A DNA stretch of 23,997 nt, taken from sequence record DRR723986_5155; one strand, given 5' to 3'. This document shows, in pieces, positions 7,792 through 15,600 of this stretch (the first letter of the stretch is position 1; each line of letters begins with the position of its first letter). The notes under the pieces were generated by a model, which did no database searches, had not been told where the DNA came from, and was given only the letters and a program-made list of their open reading frames with translations. The position numbers and the translations under genes are program-made.

Positions 7792-9549
7792 ATGATCTCG
7801 GATCATCCCTTTCGACTGGCAATTGGCCGATACCGTTCCGCCTTGTTGCTGGCGGTGTTTTTCAGCTTCTTCACGAACCTGCTTCTGTTCGTGGGGCCGC
7901 TCTACATGCTGCAAATCTATGATCGCGTGTTACAGAGCCGGAACGAGACCACGCTGCTTATGCTGACGATGATCGCTGGGGGTCTTCTTGCTCTTTACAG
8001 CGTTCTGGATTTTATCCGATCACGGATGCTGGTGCGTGCTGGAATGCGCTTCGACACGGAGCTCGCCCCGTGTCTCTTCAGGCGTGTCGTCGACAGGGCG
8101 CCTCTCATGTCTCAGGCTCAAAGCCGTCCGTTTCTATCGGACATTGATCGGCTGCGCGATTTCCTGACAGGCACAAGCGTGCTTACTTTCTGCGACGCTC
8201 CCTGGATTCCGATCTTTCTTGTAATTTGTTTTCTGTTTCATCCATTGCTCGGCATCGTCGCGACCTGCGGTGCCGCAATTCTGTTTTTCCTGGCACTTCT
8301 GAACGAGTTGGCAACCCGCAGCCCCTTGCGGGTTGCCTCGCTAGCCGTGCAGGACACGGGCAACTATGCAGACGGTGTGCTGGTCAACGCCGAGGTGGTC
8401 CAGGCCCTGGGAATGGAGACCGCCGTTTTGGGACGTTGGCTCGATCAACGACATCGTTTGCTCGACAGATTGACGGTCGCAAGCGACCGCAGTGGGATCA
8501 TTCTTTCTCTTTCCAGATTCCTGCGCATGGCTCTCCAGGTCGCAATTCTCGGTGCGGGAGCATGGCTCGTACTTAGGGACGAGATTACCCCCGGCGTCAT
8601 GATCGCGGCCTCGATCATGATGGGGCGCGCTGTTGCTCCGGTCGAACAGTCAGTTGCACACTGGAAATCCTTTGTCGCCGCCCGACTTGCGCATCGTCGG
8701 TTAAAAGGCCTTTTCGCCGAAGTTCCGGAACGGCGCAAACGAATGGCGCTGCCACGTCCGGAGGGAAGAATTACGGTTGAAGGATTGGTGGGGCGGATTC
8801 CGGACGGCGAAACGACGATATTGGCCGGCATCAACTTCGCTCTCGAGCCGGGTGACGTCTGCGCGATTATCGGTCCCAGCGGAGCGGGCAAGTCCAGCCT
8901 TGTTCGCCATTTGATTGGGGTTTGGCGGCCGAGGGCAGGGCACGTCCGATTCGACGGTGCGGATCTCCATCACTGGGACCGCGAACGTTTGGGTTGCCTG
9001 CTTGGGTATGTGCCTCAGGATGTCGAGTTGTTCGAAGGCACGATCGCCGAAAACATTGCCCGTTTTGGCGAGCAATCTGCGGAGAGGGTTGTAGAGGCTG
9101 CGCAACAAGCCGGAGTGCACGATCTAATCCAGTCGTTTACGGACGGCTACGACACCCAAATCGGTGAGGGGGGGCGTCATTTGTCGGCCGGACAGCGCCA
9201 GCGGGTTGCCCTTGCTCGCGCCCTTTACGCCTCCCCGATTTTCCTCGTGCTCGACGAACCGAACTCCAACCTGGACAGCGAGGGCGACGCGGCGCTAATC
9301 GCAGCGATCCGCCAGGCCAAGGAGCGTGGACAGACGGTTGTCTTCGTTACGCACAAGCCGAACCTGTTGGCTCTTGCCGACAAGGCGCTGGTCCTCAATG
9401 TGGGGCGGCAACAGGGTTTCGGTCCCGCGTCGGAATTGATGGCACCCACGGTCGCCCGAAGCGCCGAACGGAGTGTTGGAACGACAGCCGAGGGTGTGCC
9501 GGTATCTGGCGACAGGCGCGTGGCGGCTCCGACGCCGCAGGCATCCTGA
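7792..9549 (+). CDS. prtD: Type I secretion system permease/ATPase (PrtD/AprD family)
   Basis: PLYMLQIYDRVL in the N-terminal transmembrane domain, Walker A GPSGAGKS, signature LSAGQRQR, Walker B LVLDEPNSNLD and H-loop VTHK. Confidence 0.93.
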   Translation: MISDHPFRLAIGRYRSALLLAVFFSFFTNLLLFVGPLYMLQIYDRVLQSRNETTLLMLTMIAGGLLALYSVLDFIRSRMLVRAGMRFDTELAPCLFRRVVDRAPLMSQAQSRPFLSDIDRLRDFLTGTSVLTFCDAPWIPIFLVICFLFHPLLGIVATCGAAILFFLALLNELATRSPLRVASLAVQDTGNYADGVLVNAEVVQALGMETAVLGRWLDQRHRLLDRLTVASDRSGIILSLSRFLRMALQVAILGAGAWLVLRDEITPGVMIAASIMMGRAVAPVEQSVAHWKSFVAARLAHRRLKGLFAEVPERRKRMALPRPEGRITVEGLVGRIPDGETTILAGINFALEPGDVCAIIGPSGAGKSSLVRHLIGVWRPRAGHVRFDGADLHHWDRERLGCLLGYVPQDVELFEGTIAENIARFGEQSAERVVEAAQQAGVHDLIQSFTDGYDTQIGEGGRHLSAGQRQRVALARALYASPIFLVLDEPNSNLDSEGDAALIAAIRQAKERGQTVVFVTHKPNLLALADKALVLNVGRQQGFGPASELMAPTVARSAERSVGTTAEGVPVSGDRRVAAPTPQAS

Positions 9550-9590
9550 TGTTGCGTCGGGAGAGTGGTTCACAGGTGGGAGGTCGAGAC

Positions 9591-10892
9591 ATGACAGGTA
9601 ACAGGCTGAGGACATACTCGCCGACTCCGTTCGCGATCGGTGGCCTAGCTACCATCGTGCTCTCGTTCGGCGTTGCCGGTGGATGGGCTCTAACGGCACC
9701 GCTTGCGAGCGCGGTCGTGGCGCCCGCCTCGGTGGCGGTCGAAGGAAACCGCAAGGTTATCCAGCATCTGGAAGGAGGGATCATTGAGCGCATCCGGGTC
9801 AAGGAAGCGCAACTGGTGAACGAAGGCGAAGTGCTCGTGGAACTCAAGACCGTTGAGGCGATCGCCAATCTGGAAATATTGCGGAAACGCCTGCTGATCG
9901 CACGGGCAATGGAAGCGCGGTTGGTCGCGGAACAGAAGGAAGCCGGTGACATTCTGTTTCCGGAGGCTGTGGTCAGGGAGGGGGAACCCTCCCTTGTCGC
10001 TGCTGTCCAGGGACAAAGGGATCTGTTCGAGGATAGATTGCTGGTGTTGGCCAACCAACGCGACATCCTTACTCGTCGCATTGGGCAAATCGACCGACAG
10101 AGCCAGGGGCTGGAAGAGAGATATTCGGCACTCGAACTCCAGATGGTTCACATGGGTAGGGAAATCGAACGGCTGCGGGAGGGCAAGGAGCTTGGAGCCG
10201 TCGGCTTGAACCGACTGGCGGCCATGGAACGCGAAGGGGCGCGCCTCACCGGGGAGATCGGCGCCACCAAGGCCGAAATTGCGCGTGTAGAACAGATGAG
10301 GGCGGAGACCGAACTCGAGATCATCCAGCTTGGACACCAGTTTCGCGAGCGTGCCGTTTCCGAATTGAAGGATGTTCGGGACGAGATTACCCAGATCGAG
10401 GAACGTGTCGCCGTCGCGGCGGACGTCTTGAGCCGCACCGAGGTTCGTGCACCGATCAACGGCATAGTCCAAAATCTCGGTGTGCATACCATCGGGGGAA
10501 TCGTCCGGCCGGGCGACCCGATCATGGAGATCGTGCCCGTCAACGACAACCTCGTCATCAATGCCCGTGTCAGAGCCATCGACATTGACAACCTGGTTCC
10601 AGGAATGATGGCCGAGGTGCGCTTCCCGGCGTTCCCTCAACGAGAGATGCCGCTTGTTTCAGGGCAGGTGGAGTTCCTGTCGGCCGACATCATCATTCCG
10701 GAGGCAGGTGAGGAGCCGTTTTATCTGGCGCGGGTTATTGTCCTTGAAGGCACCATCGATGAGGAAAGGCGGCAGCAACTATCCCCCGGCATGCCGGCCG
10801 AAGTGATTATTCCGACCCAGGAACGCACCGTGGCGCAATATCTGATTGAGCCGCTGTCGCAAGCCATTCGCTCAAGCATGCGTGAAAACTGA
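9591..10892 (+). CDS. prtE: Type I secretion membrane fusion protein (HlyD/PrtE family)
   Basis: Single N-terminal TM segment, KVIQHLEGGII, a coiled coil, VRAPINGIV and LSPGMPAEV...T.ERTVAQYL..PL. A GGAGG RBS precedes ATG 9591; an alternative start at 9549 overlaps the prtD stop. Confidence 0.92.
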   Translation: MTGNRLRTYSPTPFAIGGLATIVLSFGVAGGWALTAPLASAVVAPASVAVEGNRKVIQHLEGGIIERIRVKEAQLVNEGEVLVELKTVEAIANLEILRKRLLIARAMEARLVAEQKEAGDILFPEAVVREGEPSLVAAVQGQRDLFEDRLLVLANQRDILTRRIGQIDRQSQGLEERYSALELQMVHMGREIERLREGKELGAVGLNRLAAMEREGARLTGEIGATKAEIARVEQMRAETELEIIQLGHQFRERAVSELKDVRDEITQIEERVAVAADVLSRTEVRAPINGIVQNLGVHTIGGIVRPGDPIMEIVPVNDNLVINARVRAIDIDNLVPGMMAEVRFPAFPQREMPLVSGQVEFLSADIIIPEAGEEPFYLARVIVLEGTIDEERRQQLSPGMPAEVIIPTQERTVAQYLIEPLSQAIRSSMREN

Positions 10893-10986
10893 CGGCTTCC
10901 CGTGGCCTGCCGTTTGCGATTATTGCAATAACATCTTGGCGTATGAATTTGGTCCGCAACCGAATTCGGTCGAAATGGATTTCTTG

Positions 10987-11535
10987 TCACCCTGGGAGAC
11001 GAAACAGGATCTGCCTGCCTTGAGCCACTGTGATCTTGTCGTCGCCGAACCGCCAGCCGGAGGCATATCGCCATTCGTCGTCCGTCCTCGACAGCAAGGC
11101 GATCCACGATTTGATCTTCCGGTAGTGCTCGGCGATCTCCTCGATGTCCCTGTCCATCAGCTCCCGGTCGACGCCGATGAAGTCTCGCACTCCCACGAGG
11201 TCAAATTCCTCGTAAGTCGGTATTCCGGATGAAATCACGTGCAGTCGGTCTTTCATCTCGCTGTCGGACAATTTGCCTATGCAATAGTATTCTTCCCGCC
11301 AGCGGTCATAGGTCTTCAGGAAATAGTCCGGATACCGCTTCACCATGTAGTTGGCGATTTCGCGGCACAGGACTTTCAGCTATCGAAAGCTGTGCCCGGC
11401 AATGCTCTCGTCCGTGGCCAACTTGAAAGCTTGGAATTCACCGCTCACCGATTAAAAGAAGCGGCGGAATACGAAGATTGCACCGACCAGGCCGACGACA
11501 ACGCCGATGACGAAGCCAAACACCACGTTCGTCAA
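10987..11535 (-). pseudogene. Interrupted gene for a membrane-anchored hypothetical protein
   Basis: One frame from TTG 11535 reads LTNVVFGFVIGVVVGLVGAIFVFRRFF* SVSGEFQAF...HSFR* LKVLCREIANYMVKRYPDYF..., with in-frame stops at 11452-11454 (TAA) and 11380-11382 (TAG). It continues as the 119-aa ORF ending at 10987. Confidence 0.55.
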
Positions 11536-12671
11536 ACTTCACGCGCCGCAGGAAATCTGTTGCAAAGAGCTATCAATTCACCTTGCCTGTGAGTTTGTGT
11601 CTTATCAAAGATAATCTTCAATGTACTCCTCACTGTACTTTCGGTGTTTCCGAGAGCTTCAGCCGTCTGTTGTATTGACTTGCCTGAGACTATCAGTTCG
11701 CAAAGCCGTTTCTCCGAAGGGGTGAACCGATAGTGCCGTGAAAGCAGCTCAACATCTGGAGTGGTATGACGAGGGAACTCAGAAATTCTTAATGCGAAAA
11801 GTTGGCTATACAAAAATATGCTGGATACAGCCGAGATGTTTACTGGAAACAATTCGAATAGCTTATCAAATTTACCAAAGCGAAATACTGATCGCCATTC
11901 GCGTTTTTGAGAACTTTTCCTTTGGTATGCGACTTCGGTTTCAAGCCAACTGTTCGCATTTCCATGGTTCAGTGAGAGTTTGCCCATATTAGTGGTAACG
12001 ACGGTTTCACTAATAAGGTTTCGAGCTTGAGAATTGCAGTCGTAAACTTTCCTCGCAGAATCTATGACGAATACTGGATCTCTATTGGATTTACACAGCT
12101 GTTCCAATGAACCTGCACGGTATGCTTCGGAAAACAACTGCTCAGCTTGGATGCCACGCATGAGATCCGATTTCGCTCGGGTGAGGACATAAGCCAATGC
12201 ATCGTCGTAAAGTTCACACTGGTTTAGATTGAAGTGAATCGGTATGTGCAAAAGTATATCGTTCGAATCACAAAGTTTTATTCCGACAGAAGCTTCTGCA
12301 TTTTTGAGAGGACGAATCCAATCTTCATAAAATTCCATTCCACGAAACTGATTTGCAGGACTGTGATACTCCGAAACGCGTATTGACCCATTTGGTAGCC
12401 CCTTCCAGACGTCCACCCAAGGGTTCACCTGCGCATAATGACTCGAATAGGAAGCGATTGCTCCAGGATCAATATCGCCGGACCACAAAAGCGCCGAATT
12501 CGGCTCATGCCTTCGTTGGATCAATATGGCACCGAAGCTCCCAGGGAAGTTTGAAACTAGGAAGTCTAATGCATTTTGCCAGTCCAGCGTTCCACTAAAT
12601 TTTTCGATCGCAAGTAAACTGCAAAAGTCTTCTGAAAGCGTCTCGAGTTGTTTTTGATCATGAAAGTTCAT
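11532..12671 (-). CDS. LuxR-family HTH transcriptional regulator with an N-terminal GAF/PAS-like sensor region (no adjacent luxI)
   Basis: C-terminal FTPSEKRLCELIVSGKSIQQTAEALGNTESTVRSTLKIIFDKTQTHRQGELIAL is a LuxR/CsgD-type HTH. The N-terminus has Y..HY...NPW and FYEDWIRP, and the middle has a PAS-like VFVIDS. GGGAG RBS precedes ATG 12671. The gene is AT-richer than its flanks. Confidence 0.88.
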   Translation of the reverse strand: MNFHDQKQLETLSEDFCSLLAIEKFSGTLDWQNALDFLVSNFPGSFGAILIQRRHEPNSALLWSGDIDPGAIASYSSHYAQVNPWVDVWKGLPNGSIRVSEYHSPANQFRGMEFYEDWIRPLKNAEASVGIKLCDSNDILLHIPIHFNLNQCELYDDALAYVLTRAKSDLMRGIQAEQLFSEAYRAGSLEQLCKSNRDPVFVIDSARKVYDCNSQARNLISETVVTTNMGKLSLNHGNANSWLETEVAYQRKSSQKREWRSVFRFGKFDKLFELFPVNISAVSSIFLYSQLFALRISEFPRHTTPDVELLSRHYRFTPSEKRLCELIVSGKSIQQTAEALGNTESTVRSTLKIIFDKTQTHRQGELIALCNRFPAAREV

Positions 12672-12798
12672 CTGGCCACTCCCACTCTCAATTTGCTCTA
12701 AGTGTTGATCACTGTCAGACACACTTTGAACAAAATTGGAGCTTGCTACAACTAATAAGAGCGACGACGAAGCTTTTCTGTTGTCTTCCGGTTCTGAG

Positions 12799-12818
12799 CG
12801 CCCCCCATTTGTGGGGTG
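12799..12818. promoter_or_regulatory. Palindromic operator box 3 (CGCCCCCCATTTGTGGGGTG)
   Basis: Lies in the divergent intergenic region between luxR and the lyase gene, 68 bp upstream of ATG 12887. Confidence 0.65.
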
Positions 12819-12886
12819 CATACGCTCTGCAATTATGGACAACCTTGATGCTGTTCTGGACAAAAAAGCGGAGCTGGGGTGGGGCC

Positions 12887-14089
12887 ATGAACGCATCGAG
12901 ATTAAGCAGGCTGTCGGCTATTTTGCTGTTATTTGTGAACACCATTGATGCCTCACTAGCGAATTCCAGGGTTTCGTTAGATAGCGATATCGCAACTGGC
13001 TGGGGGCAGGGAACTGTTTGGCTGAAGTCCATGGAGAATGGATACAAAACCTACGGCCATTCGATCGTTGCCCGTGACGACAACTTCCCTGTGCGTCTTG
13101 GTGATAAGTCTATTCGATTTGAGGTACGGTCAGGAGATTGTGGATTTCACGCTAGTTGGAGTGATTGCAAAAACGATCGCGAGCGACACGAACTAAGCCA
13201 AATTAAAGAATTGCAGGTTTCAGGAAACGAATACTGGTTTGCATGGTCACTCTATATACCGTCCACGACTCCTCGTATTGATCCGATTTCAACGCATCTA
13301 GGACAGTTTCAACAAGTCGGCGCCAACGTAGTCTTTTTGTTTTCATGGAATCAAATCGGCTATGTCATTGACAACCAGGCCCCAGGAGACGGGACTACAA
13401 AGCAAATTCAAAAACTCGTAGACCATCAGCAACTAACTGACCGTTGGGTGGATATCTTGGTGAATGTTAGGTGGTCTGAAAAGGAAAATGGATACATAAA
13501 AGTCTACGCAAATCACATCAAGAAATATGAATTCATTGGTGCAAACTTAGTCCGAGGCGGCAAAGGACACTACAAATTTGGTGCTTATCGTAGTCATATC
13601 ACTAGATACAAGAAAGCTAATTCAGTCGAAGAACTGCCAACCCAAGTTGTGTTCTTTGATGAAGTACATCGTGGGAAAACACTGGCAAGCGTTGATAAGG
13701 TGGGCTTGGTAGCCCTGCAAGAGGCGGCCGCCGCAGCCGGATTCTATGAAGGGAATACTGACGGCGTTTGGGGTCCAAACACTCTGAAGGCAACTAATCG
13801 ATTGCTTGCAGAGAAGGGATTACCTGCTGTTCTTGAGTATTCCATGGATGTGTGGGACGGATTAAACAAACCGGATATTCCGCCGATGCGTCAACCAAAT
13901 TTTGACGGACATTTCATTGCCTTGCGGGCGGCGCTCGCAAACGGAAACACCGAGCTCGTCAGCGACTGGCAGACCTTCCTTTACAGTGTCGGACTTTTTC
14001 GAGGCGAGGCTGACGGCATCTACTCCGCCGAACTCGAGGAAGCGTTGATCGAGTGTGTAGTGGCGAAAATGTGTACGTTTTCAAAGTGA
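12887..14089 (+). CDS. Secreted polysaccharide-lyase-fold (Polysacc_lyase / heparin lyase I-like) protein with C-terminal peptidoglycan-binding-like repeats
   Basis: Signal peptide from MNASR. Lyase-fold motifs RFEVRSGD, RERHEL, EYWFAWSLYIP, GQFQQ, W.D....V.WS, YKFGAYR and FFDEV. C-terminal LQ..L/A...GFY.G..DGVWGP.T and GLFRGEADGIYS resemble PG_binding_1. Confidence 0.78.
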   Translation: MNASRLSRLSAILLLFVNTIDASLANSRVSLDSDIATGWGQGTVWLKSMENGYKTYGHSIVARDDNFPVRLGDKSIRFEVRSGDCGFHASWSDCKNDRERHELSQIKELQVSGNEYWFAWSLYIPSTTPRIDPISTHLGQFQQVGANVVFLFSWNQIGYVIDNQAPGDGTTKQIQKLVDHQQLTDRWVDILVNVRWSEKENGYIKVYANHIKKYEFIGANLVRGGKGHYKFGAYRSHITRYKKANSVEELPTQVVFFDEVHRGKTLASVDKVGLVALQEAAAAAGFYEGNTDGVWGPNTLKATNRLLAEKGLPAVLEYSMDVWDGLNKPDIPPMRQPNFDGHFIALRAALANGNTELVSDWQTFLYSVGLFRGEADGIYSAELEEALIECVVAKMCTFSK

Positions 14090-14140
14090 TATGGATCTGC
14101 GTGCATTTACGATGGGCTAGTTCTTCAACCATTCGTATGT

Positions 14141-14160
14141 CACCCCCTGTTTGAGGGGTG
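14141..14160. promoter_or_regulatory. Palindromic operator box 4 (CACCCCCTGTTTGAGGGGTG)
   Basis: Perfect 6-bp arms, 61 bp upstream of ATG 14222. A CTATAT -10-like hexamer lies at 14195-14200. Confidence 0.72.
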
Positions 14161-14221
14161 TGTGGGCTCAGTTCAAATCCGAACATCCATAGGTCTATAT
14201 TGCTAGTGCGTGGAGGACGTT

Positions 14222-14548
14222 ATGAATAAGATTTGCCTAGTGATTAGTGTCGGCTTCATTGTCGCTTCGTCGTCGGTGCCGAGCATCGCAGATCAAGCCG
14301 CCATTAACGAGGTGATCGGAAGTACCTGGAGCTTCGAACAAGGCAAAGCCAAAGGAACTATTCATTACGGAAAAAGCACCGTAGAGGCAAAAATGAACGG
14401 CAAGACGTACAAGGGGAGTTTGCGGGTATCGGGTAACAAAATCTGCACCAAGTATTCTGAGCTTCGTGATGGCAAGGAATCTTGCTTCGGAGTCAGTAAG
14501 ACCAAAGGTGGTTACAAAACCACCAATGGTGGGCGGCTGTGGAAGTAG
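14222..14548 (+). CDS. Small secreted basic protein, distantly similar to the 4052-4504 product
   Basis: GGAGG RBS and a signal peptide. G.LRVSGNKIC...C parallels GRWTVKGNKLC...C; Lys-rich. Confidence 0.75.
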   Translation: MNKICLVISVGFIVASSSVPSIADQAAINEVIGSTWSFEQGKAKGTIHYGKSTVEAKMNGKTYKGSLRVSGNKICTKYSELRDGKESCFGVSKTKGGYKTTNGGRLWK

Positions 14549-14850
14549 AGGAGCGACGTCCCAACTTGGTTGGATGTCGACCACCTTCCAACAGTTATTA
14601 ACTGCCGAGCAGATAGTGACCTTCAGAGAATTTCGATCTGATGGCCACCGTCGACTGGGGAATGATCTGATGCGGTGGACGCCTCCATTGCTTTTGTTCC
14701 TGCGAAACCACGTTGGCACAATCGATGCCGTTAGGAGGTAGCATCCGCCGCATCAGTTCTCTGTCCAACCTTATATGATGGGTGGGTTCAAGGAGAAGTC
14801 AAACGCACCATATCCGCCAACTTTGATGAGCTTCAGTTGGAACAAAACGA

Positions 14851-15525
14851 ATGGAGACGAACCGATCATTTCTGAACACGATCGCCGTTGCGACAAAAGC
14901 TGCGGGATCTAGATCCCTCGTGACAGTCGCAATCGTGTGTTCGGCCCTATTTATTTCAACGCGTAGTGAAGCTGTTACGATCCTAGTTGAAGACAACAAT
15001 CTATTTTTGAGCGGGTCAATTGCGGAATGGAGCCCTGAACTGTTTTCAATCAAGCTGGCGGAAACTCTTCTTGGGTTACAACGTGAAGGCGACACGGAAA
15101 GTTTCGTCAGCCTTCACCTTGATCTTCCAGAAGGAGGGCTCGCTTCTTCTTCGTTTGAGTTGGTGAACTTAATGAGAGTTGCCCAAGCTCACGGAACGAA
15201 GTTTTCTGCTCACGTGGCCGCTGATGCCACTTGCATGTCAGGTTGTGTTTTTTTGTTCCTAGCTGCTGATGAAAGGTGGATTGCACCTGAAGGCAAACTC
15301 ATTTTTCATGGATTCAGCAGTCGTAACGGTGAAAATCATCCGAGAGTGCCCGCGGAGTACATTCAATCGTATTATGGCTTACTTAAATTGGCCAACGAAC
15401 AGTTCTATGAATTTTTCAGGGCTTCCAGAATCATTGAAGAGAACAAAATGGTTGGTTTCACCGGCAAAACGCTTTTTGAACAGGAGGTGTTTTCTGGGTT
15501 GATCACGGGATTGGTTGAAGAGTGA
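14851..15525 (+). CDS. Exported ClpP/crotonase-like (COG3904-type) protein
   Basis: Hydrophobic N-terminus, LDLPEGG (variant of L.SPGG), CMSGCVFLFLAADER and LIFHG. Confidence 0.7.
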   Translation: METNRSFLNTIAVATKAAGSRSLVTVAIVCSALFISTRSEAVTILVEDNNLFLSGSIAEWSPELFSIKLAETLLGLQREGDTESFVSLHLDLPEGGLASSSFELVNLMRVAQAHGTKFSAHVAADATCMSGCVFLFLAADERWIAPEGKLIFHGFSSRNGENHPRVPAEYIQSYYGLLKLANEQFYEFFRASRIIEENKMVGFTGKTLFEQEVFSGLITGLVEE

Positions 15526-15600
15526 TGGGGCGCTCTTTTCGCAGGTAGAAGGGGAGAATAGCACACGGCTGGATACTTCGGCCTGTGCGAGACTGCCGTC

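Noticed and set aside
11532-12671. AHL quorum-sensing LuxR/LuxI system
   Set aside because: There is no luxI in the window. The protein is longer than AHL receptors, with a GAF/PAS-like layout and without a clear AHL-binding W/Y/DP/W signature.
12672-12896. Long N-terminal extensions of the luxR (from 12896) and lyase (from 12743) ORFs
   Set aside because: They would overlap head-to-head and cover box 3. Downstream ATGs with an RBS or signal peptide fit better.
14171-14181. GTTCAAATCCG matching the tRNA T-loop, as a possible att site
   Set aside because: Only 11 nt, in opposite orientation to the tRNA, and lacking the acceptor-stem sequence.
14660-14700. TGCGGTGGACGCCTCCATTGC, resembling an IS110-type end
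   Set aside because: Too short, with no transposase or further IS non-coding sequence next to it.
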